Below are positions 24,392 to 36,400 of a DNA stretch of 64,000 bases, piece by piece. Origin of the DNA: Antedon mediterranea (Eukaryota; Animalia; Echinodermata); NCBI RefSeq assembly GCF_964355755.1, contig NC_092672.1, positions 32,742,437-32,806,436 on the forward strand. Direction: 5' to 3'. Both the position numbers and the translations under genes were made by a program. The notes beneath the pieces were generated by a model. The model made no database searches and was not told where the DNA came from. It saw nothing but the letters and a program-made list of their open reading frames with translations. The first letter of the stretch is position 1; the number at the start of each line of letters is the position of its first letter.

Positions 24392-27300
24392 TCATGCACA
24401 TTCCTGTGTCTTTTTTAAAGCTTTGACAATAAGATCGGCGATTTCTGGTATACCAACCATGTGTTTAGCTTGTGCAAATATCGTTGGCCCATCCTCCCGC
24501 ATCAAACAAGAATCCCTCTCCATCACCTTAAAACAGTAACAAAATATATACTTTCAATAATTTGTTGCTATCTGTCATGCATTTAATTTTTGTTATATTT
24601 ATCAGTAATGATTTGGTTTAATCATTTGCTCTTTAAAAAAATGATTGATTGTTCAGTGCTTTTACAGGCTCCCTGCATTTTGAGCTATATTAATAAAACA
24701 AAATTAATTGTTACAAATTTGATTGTTACAATTTACAAAAATACTATGAACATATGTTTCTGTTTTTACAGTAGTAGGCCTACAGGCTACCTGTAATAGT
24801 GTGCAATTTTAATATTTATACCCACAAGACAGTATGTTACCTTTAGGTCAGCACCCACAGCCTCGGCCAAATCAGTTTTATTGATCACCAGAAGGTCACT
24901 TTGTGTTATGCCTGGTCCACCTTTCCTGGGAACTTTGTCTCCCCCTGAAAACGAACATGGAAAATTTATATTAATTGAAGCACAACATAAAATATATCTT
25001 AATTTCATAGATTTATAGCCCATATTCAGAGCTTCCAGCTAGAATGCAACGGGATGTACGTGCAAAACACAAGTATTTGACTAGTTCGATAATATCTGAC
25101 ACAATTGTGATTGCTTAAAAACTGTTTGCGTGTATACTGGCAAAATCATGCTTAATATAGTCTGCAGGAAAGTTTTGAAACTAGGTCTGCTATGAAAACT
25201 GTGTATAAACTCTGTCTACACTATCAAACTAGTTTGACAAAAAAAGTGTGATGTGCCAGAATATGTTTAAATATGGTTTCGATCCAACTCGGCCCTAAAC
25301 CGTCTCGGCCAAAGTCAAGTCGGCCCCACGTCAAGTCGGCTCCAAGTCAACTCGGCCCCACGTCACCTCGGCCTCACATTAACTCGGCCCCACATCAACT
25401 CGGCCTCAAGTCAACTCGGCCTCACGTCAACTCGGCCAAAAACTAATCCGTCAACTCGGCCTCTAAAAACTATGAAACGCAAAAAGTGCTAATATAGTAG
25501 TTAATATTATAATGGCAGGATATAGTACGGTTATGCCTACATAATAGACGAAATACAACGGAAAATTCAATATAAATGATTATATAATATTAATTGATAG
25601 GTAGTATTTATTTATATTGTTTGAAACAAACAAATATTTCTTCACATTTTGTATACAGGAATCTGTCGAAGAAGACATTAAAAAAAATAATATTTAAACA
25701 ATATACTTTGGTCTACAACTGTATATACATCAATATAAAAAGAATAAAATGACATTAAAATCAAAACAAATCAAAAGGCAAGAAAACAAATTGCATAAGC
25801 ATTATGGGTATAGGTTACATGCACACACCCCAGACATGAATGTGCATTATTTTCAAATAGGCCTTACGGTTTTTTTTGTATGACATTTTTATTTTCATTT
25901 CGTTTAGTACTTCATAATTATTCATAATTAATACAGTACACCATGGGAAGAGAGAAATTTGCTTCCATAACAGTCCATAGGGAAGTGATTGTGATTTTAT
26001 TGTATTTAATTATGGATTCATGAATTTGTCATGGTGTGTGTTGTTATACTATCATCGGGAATCTTGTGTCCCGTTTTGTAATATCATCTTTAATTAAACT
26101 AAAAAGAATAATTTCTTCCTCACTATCATCCGATGATCATCCAGAAACGACTGCTATTTTAACGTCACGTCACAAAACGGAACAGGTGTGAATGTTTAAA
26201 ACGGAACGTTGAACGGGCGCGCGTCACATTGAAAAAACGGCGCCGTCCGCGAAACGGAACAGGTACGGACGGTGGGAATGGCCCTTTAGGTGATCAATTT
26301 TATTGAACAATACAGGGCGCGGTGGGTGTTAAAAAACAGATGAGAATGCAAAGGCAATATTATGTTGTTTAGGAATTCCGTTGTTTTGGAATCAAACAAT
26401 ATGTTTTAGTTTTTGCTTGACAAAAAAAAAATACGCCATTTTTTCATGATGATTTCTTCAGTGTGTTTTAGATTAGTTTTTATGCTTGACAAAATAAAAA
26501 TACACCATTTATTCATGATGATTTCTTCAGTGTGTTTTAGATTAATTTCCCATAAATGTATTCATTGGATTCTCCATTATAATCAAATAACAAAAGTAAT
26601 AAAAACAATTTGAATAGCGCACAATTGCAATAGAAATTTAACATGACAGAACATTCCGAATTTGTTTCCATAATCTCTTCGGTAGTTTGATTGACATCGT
26701 CAATAAATGTGTGAAAAGATTTTGTTACTGTAATATACCATTTTAATGTCACATATAGTTATTCACTTTGACCGTGACATATTGCTAATAATTTGAGAGA
26801 GAATATATACAAAAAAAACCCATTTTTATTTTACTGTATTAATCTAATAATATCTATATAATATATAGGCCTTCTAAGAATATTTGCGATTATTTCTGGG
26901 AACATCCTCAAAATAGATCTAACAAACACATTACTGAGGGTTCTTACTGAGACAAACCAACCAACAATATAAATAAAAATTACCTATCAATTAAACGAAA
27001 AACGATCAGCCAGTGTGTTATAATTTACATTGAAATTTCCGTTTTATTTCGTCTATTATATAGGCCTAACCGTACATATCCTGCAATTGTAATAAATGAA
27101 CTACTATATTAGCACTTTTTGCATTCCATACTTTTTAAAGGCCGAGTTGACGGATTAGTTTTTGGCCGAGTTGACTTTAGGCCGAGTTGACTTGAGGCCG
27201 AGTTGACTTGAGGCCGAGTTGACTTGAGGCCGACTTGACTTGGGGCCGACTTGACGTGGGGCCGACTTGACTTTGGCCGAGACGGTTTAGGGCCGAGTTG

Positions 27301-30110
27301 ACCTGCACCCTTTAAATATGGTAGTGATATGACATTACCAAAAGTGTGATGTGCCAGAATATGTTTAAATATGGTAGTGATATGACATTACCAAAAGTGT
27401 GATGTGCCAGAATATGTTTAAATATGGTAGTGATATGACATTACCATTGGCACACCACATTTTTTTGTCAAACTAGTTTGATAGTGTAGATGAGGCTTTA
27501 GAACTAACCAGCAACATCAATGACATATATAATATAATCTGCAAGTTCTCGGCTAAAATTTGCAGCTAAGTTGTCCCCACCAGACTCAACGATAACAATT
27601 TCAGGTGAATAAATCTTACTAAGATCTTTAATCACTTCCATATTCACAGAATAATCCTGGAAGTAATGAAATAAAAAAGCTTTAAAATGGTTAAATAATG
27701 TTTGGCCAGTCTACACCCAGCTTTGAGACAATGCTATTGTTTTTAGCTTAGCTGTTCACACCTTTTGGGAACAATGATCTTCTCTATTAATAGTTTCCAT
27801 TAGTTATTGTTTATTAGAAACAATGCTCTTCTGTAGAACCTTGTAATTGTTTTTCAGTAGCTTTCACACAAGTCCCACCAAGTTTCACTTAGTATACTCA
27901 GGGAAGAGTTAAATTACCTCTTCCCTGGTATACTGTATTCCTAGTTTCCTGGATTTTCCACATTCTCAGAACTAATAATACATACATGGTGTACGGCAAA
28001 TTTATTTCAAAATGTAATACATTAGCTTATACGCATATCTTCATGTTTGCATCTTCCAAATCCCTTTCTGCGACACATTCATGAGCACTCATGCAAAAAA
28101 CCCAGCAGACAAAAAATGGAAATCGCAGATATCGCTCTTGTAAGTGGAAATGGTAGCAGAATTGTTTTTTTCTCTGCGAAAACATTCATTCATTCTAGTG
28201 GAAAACAGGCTTTAGCTCCTACCTCACGTATAGCTGCATGAGGACACCCGCCTGTCTCGACCGCCCTCAGTCGTTCCTCTGGTAATGCCTTATTTCGTAC
28301 CAGGAATTCCCAATCTTCTTTGGTAAAGATGTCGTTGGTAACTACGCAAAGGCTATTCTTTTCTCGTAGATGTGTACACAGACCAAGAACCAATGCTGTT
28401 TTCCCTGAACCAACAGGACCTCCTATACCAACAGTGAACGACCTCTACAAAAATATAAATAAATACCAAAAGATCTTTAACTGCAAGCCTGGATAAAAAA
28501 TTTGTATAAAAAATGTAGAATACAGCAGAAAATCTGCTAAGGGGACAACTTTGAGACCAAAAAAAAAAATTCATCTCCTTCCCAAAATATTTTTGAAATC
28601 AAATTTTTGTTTTTCATGAAGGAGACCAAACAATAATAACCTACCGTAATAGAGGTCTCCCCCTGACTAATGGTTGGCCACAATTTTAAAAGATATATTA
28701 CTGGTAAATCCTTGCATGAGCAGCTCAGCATTATCATACAGATTATTTGTATTACAAGTGGTGGTAATTTGTATATGTGTCTGTAAATTTACATTTTTGA
28801 TAGCTGTGTTCACCTTGTACGATGTTTTAGTTCATTAAAAATGATTTTTCAGTGGTTAAAATTCATTCACTGAAAAATTATTTTCTTTTTATTCAAGTAT
28901 TTTATTTCGAGTGCAGTAAATATATAAATAAAAATGTTTTACAAAGCACAGACATGATTTACCTCTCGAAAATTTGTTCGTTTTAACGGCATATCTCGAG
29001 AAAGAAAGCTTCCTGGGTTTTCCATATGTTCATGAGTATGACCGTGTGTGTGACCATGCTCATGACTATGGGTATGTGCATCATCATTACTGATATTTGT
29101 CAATCCAGCTGAAATCAAGAAATAAATGTTGTTTAATAATTTTGTGTCATTTTTGTTTATAGAGCAGATTTGCTGGGAACTGAAGTAAAATATTACTAGG
29201 ATATAAGTACACTTACACTTAATGATTGATAGAATTAGTTCAGGCTAGTGCCTATTTGCTTTGATGTCTAGTTTTTAGTCTCAACTTAAATGTGTTGACT
29301 GAGGGGGATTGAATAGCTGACTCAGGCAGGGCATTCTAATGTTTAATTATTCTGATTGAAAAAAATTTATTTCTGCACAAGAGATTTGCTCTGAGTTTAG
29401 GATGATAAAGCTTCAGACTGAGACCACAAGTTCTGTTGTTATGACAGATGGTGAAGAACTATTTTCAATGACGTAACTCTTTATATATACGGCTCTGATG
29501 CAGAAAGATTATATAATAATAATAATTTGTGTAAACAACGTTTGGCAACCGAAATGTTTGGTCTAGCGTTAAGGATTTAACCAATCACACGAGCCCTCGG
29601 TCGAGGTCTTTATTTTATTATTATTATTGAGATGGCTAGGTTTAGTATATTTAGGAAGTAGATCGGCTATCTTGCAATTCTTTATAATAGAAAATAATTA
29701 GGGTAATGAATTATTCATGATTTCTGCCTTAACCTCATAGGAAAAAAAATAATGCATCCGGCCTACAAACAATGCCTAATAGTACCACAGGTTACTATAG
29801 ACTACTGTAGTATTATGTATATAGGTGCCTTAGATTAGGCTACATTTAGTACACACACAGATACTTCTACTTATTCAGTGTACTTCTACTAGGCTAGGCC
29901 TACTACTACTAGGCTATATAGTTTTTATAGGCCTAAGCATGGGGTAGGAATAGCCCTCTATTCTACTATAGGGTAGGGGGTACTGTAGTAAGCTACTAAA
30001 ATACATAAATTAACAGTGTAATATAAGTAAGTAAAGACGCTAGCCTAGCTAGTATAAACCACCATGTAAATAAACTTACCTCTAATAAATTCTACATTGT
30101 TTTTCGACAT
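24392..30110 (-). CDS. ureG: Urease accessory GTPase UreG, eukaryotic His-rich type, ~261 aa; exons 30110-30080, 29108-28963, 28444-28223, 27656-27509, 24944-24841, 24526-24392
   Basis: [17 protein letters not shown]; P-loop GGPVGSGKT; [14 protein letters not shown]; [17 protein letters not shown]; [23 protein letters not shown]; all junctions GT-AG and in frame. Confidence 0.95.
25275..27310. mobile_element. MULE-like non-autonomous element nested in a family A MITE within a ureG intron
   Basis: Long TIRs built of TCAACTCGGCC repeats; 9-bp TSD TTTAAATAT. Confidence 0.8.
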
Positions 30111-30466
30111 CTTTGTTCCTAGTTTTTATAAGCCTATTTGATGAAAGATCGTGCCTTTCACATGCGCTGATGCTGCTATAGACTGCACAATGGCGCGGCA
30201 TCATCCAGGGGTTCAGCTCCTCGCGTCCCTAGATATTTCATTGGGCAATCGGATTGGACAAAAATCATGTTAGGTTTAATCACGTATATGTTTTATGCTT
30301 ATTATTAATTTCAGTTACCAATACTGTGCCTGCTTTTATTTGGCTCTATAATTGCAGTAAATTAGGCCTAACGTACGTCACTATAGCTAGGTTACCTCGG
30401 CTCTTTCTACACTTACAAAAAGGCCTTAGCTAGACCTAGGCCTAGGCTAGGCCCAAGTTCTTTGAA
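30111..30466. promoter_or_regulatory. Putative bidirectional promoter for ureG and urease
   Basis: 356 bp between divergent start codons; several ATTGG (CCAAT) boxes and ACGTCA. Confidence 0.6.
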
Positions 30467-33400
30467 ATGAAATTGAGTCCAAGAGAGCAGGAAAGCCTTC
30501 TGGTGCATCAGACTGGTGCTTTAGCCCAGAAACGATTGGCACGTGGAACAAAACTCAACCATCCAGAGGCTGTTATGCGCGATTTGAACGATTTGCGCAA
30601 TTTGAAATTGCGCAAAAAAAATCCTTGCGCAATTTGAATTGAAACATATGTTTCAAATTGCGCAAGCAACGTATTAAATTGCGCAATAATCTGCAAATTG
30701 CGCAAGGTTTTTCGACAGATTGTGAAATCATGCACATCCATATTTTTATAGTAATTTCTAAGAATGATTCAAAATTAAAGATAAATATCGCATTTCCTTA
30801 TTTTAGTAGTGCAAATATTGTTATAAGTTAGCATACCGTCGAAGAACCGACGAAGGAAAACGAAGCGGTGGTGTTCCACCAGGCGGGCGCGGCGCGGGCG
30901 GCCGGCTATACTACTCTAGCCTAGCTAGGGTCTGGACTACTGATACTGACTAGGTTACATGGCCTAGCTTAAACTAATATTAAAAACTTAAAAAGTGAGT
31001 ATTAAACATTATCTTCATTGAAATGGTCTTATTTATATAATAAAAAACTAAATTTTAAACTCCTCTGCCTAGGCCTAGCCTAGCCATGTATGGGAAAATT
31101 TACAGTTCGTTTTCAAATTGCGCAAAGGTGTCATATTGCGCAAGAACTATCTTGCGCAATTTACAAATTGTGCAGCGCAATTTAAAATTGCGCAAAGATT
31201 TTCTTGCGCAATTTGAAATTGCGCAAGTTGATTGCGCAATTTGAAATTGCGCAAAAAAATCCTTGCGCAATTTAAAATTGCGCAAGAATTCTTTGCGCAA
31301 TTTCAAATTGCGCAAGGATTTGTTTGCGCAATTTCAAATTGCGCAAATCGTTCAAATCGCGCATAACACAGAGGCAGTTGCTTTGTTGTCTTGTCAGGTA
31401 ATAATAATTGATCTTAAGCAATTATTTCCTTGTAAATTATGATCCTCATCATGCATTGACTGTCCTGTCGCAATTCACTAATTCAAAATTACACAATCCA
31501 ATTATTACATTTAATATTAATTAACACATTGATTAAATATTGAAATATGTAGGCCTTAGGCCTACTACTGTACTACTGTACTAGGCTAGTATATAAGTAG
31601 GTGTTATCAATTAAATTAAGACAAGAACCGTAACCCATTCCATAGCAATAATATTGGCAAGGGTTTGAGGCTCACTCTCACTTCTTTCTGGTTGTAGAAG
31701 AGTCTTTTTGCGGATAAGGACTATCGAACCATAATATTAATAGGTCCACATACACAAAATGCTTCTTTGCGCAATTTTAAATTGCGCAAATCGTTCAAAT
31801 CGCGCATAACATTTGCACTTTAAAGTAGAACCATAGTTCAGTAGTAGGCGCTAGTTCCGTTTCGCACCTGTCGTTTATTTCGACTCAAAATTGGTTAAGT
31901 AACTTTATCGTGAGTACCACACCTTAGAATTAGGCCTCAAAAATACTTTTACGAAGGAGATCACACAAAAAGTAAAAAATAAATCCTTTAAATTGATGAA
32001 TTTACAGACGTGTTTCTCGCACATCGGTTCGTGAATTTCGCATACTCCATGTTCAATGTTGTTGTTTCTATGGAGCGCCAAAAGAGCAATCATAATATTA
32101 ATAGAGGGCTAAAAACTCAGTAAATTTCGTATATTTAATGCATTTATTGGTGAAAATTACGTTTAATTTTATCATATTTTGTCAATGTCAATGCAACAAA
32201 AATATTACTGTTGATACTGTACATGGTTTTTGCAGGAGCTTTTAGGAATGAAAATCGACAAATTTATCATCATATTACATGTACTGTAGGGGTATACCTT
32301 AATCTAAATAATAGTCTTACTCTTAGGCCTAGGGTTGGTTGCTATTTGACAACAGCAAATTATTAGCAGTAAAATGTTACAGCATTTTTATTGACAAAAT
32401 ATATTAAAATTAAACGTGTATTTCAATAATAAATGCATTAAAAGAAGACGCATTCCACTGAGGTTTTAACCATCTATTGTTGTTGCTCTTTTGGCGCTCC
32501 ATAGAAACAAAAATATTGAACTTCGAGTATGCTAAATTCGCGGCGAACGGCGTATGCGAGAAACATGTTTGTAAAATCATCAATTTAAGGATTTATTTGT
32601 TACTTTTTATGTGATTCTTCTTCATAAAAGTACTTATGAGGCCCAATTTCAAGATGTGGTATTCACAATAAGTTGCTTAACAATTTGGAGTCAAAAGGAA
32701 GTCGAAATAAAAACAGGTGCGAAACGGAACTAGCGCCCAGTAGTACTACAGTACAGATAGATAGAGGAGTATAACCCTGGTGTACCAGCTCACACTTCCA
32801 TTGTTAAAGCCCCATTCCCTACGTTTTTTAGATCTAATTTAAGATCACAAACTATATTTAATGTAAAAATAATACTATATGGTCCTATTGCGATAACTTT
32901 TTTCGTCTTTAAACGGTTAAAAATGTGAAAAATAAGTCGATTTTAATAATTATATAGCGGCCTGCTATAAATCCCAAAATGCATTGCGCGCGGATTGATA
33001 TTTTTGTTTTTCACCTGTAATTCGCCCACTTTTCGATCGATCGTGAGGCCAAAACAAATGGAAGACTCCTAACTTTTCAGCGAAAATACCGGGTTTTCCC
33101 CAATTTGTATCAACGGAGTCTGGCAAAAATAGAAAGACAATTAATGCAGCAACTATACAACGTCAGGCTAGGTATATAGCTCGCGTACGATGTTCGTACG
33201 TTACCGATGTTTACCAGCTAGGCCTACAAAACTAAGCCTAGCTAGGCTAGGCCTAAGACCGTCCACGAGAGGTCGATCGCCGCGAGCTACTTAGGTAGTG
33301 CATTGTTTCTCACTTTTTATCATAATTTACCATAAAACGTACATTTAAGACAAGAAATGACATGGTTTAATGTTTTTAAAGTGATATATATGTATAATTT

Positions 33401-36400
33401 TCCAAAAAACGTCCAAAATTGCAGGGAAGGGGTCTTTAATGGATTGAATTGAAAGATGAAATAGCAATTATAAATTGCGCAAGGAAATCCTTGCGCAATT
33501 TGAAATTGTATATTTTATTTACAAATTCATTATATATATTTTAGATACAAGAATTTGTTCGTGATGGACGTCACTCTGTTGCTGAAATCATGGATCTTGG
33601 ACGTAAAATGCTTGGTAGGGGTAGTTTTACTACGGTATTCATTTAAAGTTTTAAACCATACTTTCCTGTAGAAACAACAGCTGATTTTGATCACCAAAAC
33701 TTTTTTTAATAAATGGTTTCTGTGGAGCAAATTTGAACTGTTATGCAATAGTGGTCCCAGTTTTGAAAAACTGATTTATTTTGAGTAAAAATTTATGATT
33801 TTTTTACAAACTATAAAATTAAAAATATGCCCTTTGTGCACAAAGATTTCACTATCATGTCAACAAATTTTGTTTTATGATTCATTGGGATTATTTTTCA
33901 TGTTGTCCTTCCCCTATACATTGATGTTGGGCATAATGTTGGGTCAGATGTTTAAAGTCCCATTCCCTACATTTAATGTAAAAATAATATACTATATGGT
34001 TCTATTGCGTTAACTTTTTTCGTATTTAAACGGTTAAAAATGTGAAAAATAAGTCGATTCTAACAATTTAAGCAATCTGCTATAAATTCCAACATGCATT
34101 GCATGTGGATTGATATTTTTGTTTTTCTTCTGTGATTCACCTACTTTCGATCGATCGCGAAAGCAAAACAAATGGAAGAACTGTAACTTTTCAACGGAAA
34201 TACCGGGTCTTCCTCAATTTGTATTAACGAATCTGCTAAAAAAAGAAAGACAATTAATACAGCCACTAGACAATGCCAGACTAGGCCTATAGCTAGCGTA
34301 CAATGTTTGTACATTACCATGTTTACCAGCTACTGTAGGCCTACAAAACTAAGCCTAGCTAGGCCTAAAGACCATACAGGAGAGGACATTCGACTTAAGC
34401 TATTTAGGTAGTGCATTGTTTCTCTCTTTTTATCATAATTTACCATAAAGACAAGGAATGATCTGGTTTAATGTTTTTAAAGTAATATATATGCATTTTT
34501 TTTTACAAAACGTTAAAAATTGTAGGGAATGGGTCTATAGAGTATCACGGTGCTGACATCACGACGGTAGGTGGTGCTGCATGGTTGCTAGCGCAACCAA
34601 AAATGGGGTAGTAACAAAGTGCGAGGCAGCGAGGCAGGGAAGGCATGCGAGGCAAGTCAGAAATTTATGCGAGGCATCGTTATACCATCATCAAAAAATG
34701 CGAGGCATGATTTTATCATTTCTCAAAATTGCAAAGCAGGAAATCACCGAAATTGAAGTAGCCTAGGCCTAGGCCCGCTAGGCTAGTTTCCTTTTGCACC
34801 TGCCTTGTATTTTAACCAACTTTATCCTGAATACCACAGCTTAGAATTAGTAGGCCTACTTTAATGAAGAAAAATCACATAAAAGTAACAATAAATCCAT
34901 TAAATTGGTGATTTTACAGACGTTGTTTTTCTCGCATTTCGCACACTCAATGTTCAATATTTTGGTTTCTATGGAACGCCAAAAGAGCAAAATTAATTAG
35001 AGGGCTAAAAACTCTGTGGAATCCATTTATATTTAACGCATTATTTGGTGAAAATCAAGTACAATTTCAATAGATTTTGTCACTGTCAGTAAGGAAAAAT
35101 GTTACTGTTGATGATGTACACGGTTTCGTTAACCTTTTAAAGAATAAAATAGAAAAATTCATCATAATATCCTTAGTAGGATGCCCTAGGTCTAGACTAG
35201 GTAGTGATGTTGATTTAGGATCGATTATTATTCTTTGAAAACAGAACAGTATCAGCAGTAACATATTACAACATTTTTATTGACAAATTAACAAATATAT
35301 TGAAATAAAACGTGTTTTTCACCAATAAATGCATGAGAAATTGACGCATTCCACTGAGTTTTAGTCCTCTATTATCGTTGCTCTTTTGGCGCTCCACAGA
35401 AAAACAAATATTGAACATTGAATAAGTGAAATTCGCGAACAGTGTGCGAGAAACACGCCTGTAAAATCATTAATTTAAGGATTTATTTGTTACTTTTTAT
35501 GTGATTCTTTCATTAAAGTACTCATGAGGTATACTTCTAAGGTGTGGTATTCACACGATAAAGTTAGTTATCAAATTTGGAGTAAAAATACAAGCGAAGG
35601 AAACTAGCGCCAGGTTTATTAGTACGTACATGGACAACAATAAATAAAAATCGTTCGTAATATACCTAGCTTACTAAAACAGGAATAGTGTATCATTATT
35701 AAATATTACACCAATTATTATTATATCAAAATTGATTAAAGTATTTTCTACATAGGCCTCTTATCTAGGTTAGGGCTAAGCATATTAGCTAAAGTTTAAT
35801 TTTAGGACTAGTATTACAATTGCCGGACGTAAGTCTTTTTTCACACGCGCTCCAGAATTCTGTCGCAATTTTTTTCTTTGCGGCATGTTATTGGATCGGC
35901 ATATCAGTTACCTTTTATTCACCGCCAGTTATTGAACTTGTCCTGGCAATCGCTGTTCACCTTATTTGCGAGAGAGGTACACGTGTTGTTCCTAGAGACT
36001 GGAATGTCAAAAATGTCTTTGGCACGCCGCTCAGAGAGAAGTCTGTGCGTTGCTGCTGAAACCACGTGCTATAGGGGGGGGGGGGGGGAATGCACCACAA
36101 TCCTCTGAGCGGAGGGCTGAATCATTCCGCTACCTGCTAAATAGTAAAGAGGGATTTTCCATCTCGCGGGTCTACCGGATCTAGGCGCAGGGGTGTGACA
36201 AAATATTATTTTCACTCTGCTATGTTCGAGAGACATGTGAGTGAACACGCTCGAAATGCCAACAAACATTGCAGTCATTTGATGAGTGTGTCGCTATAAC
36301 AATTATTGTTTATCGAAAGTTGAAGACTGTCGTTCAGATTTTTGAACCGTAGCTAGGGCACTTTTGTAAAAGTAAAATTTGACACGATATGACTTGAATG

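Noticed and set aside
25275-25465. Short regularly spaced TCAACTCGGCC repeats
   Set aside because: Subterminal repeats of a TIR element, mirrored at 27140-27310
30111-30466. Metal response elements in the urease/ureG promoter
   Set aside because: No exact TGCRCNC found by eye; only near matches TGCGCTG and TGCACAA
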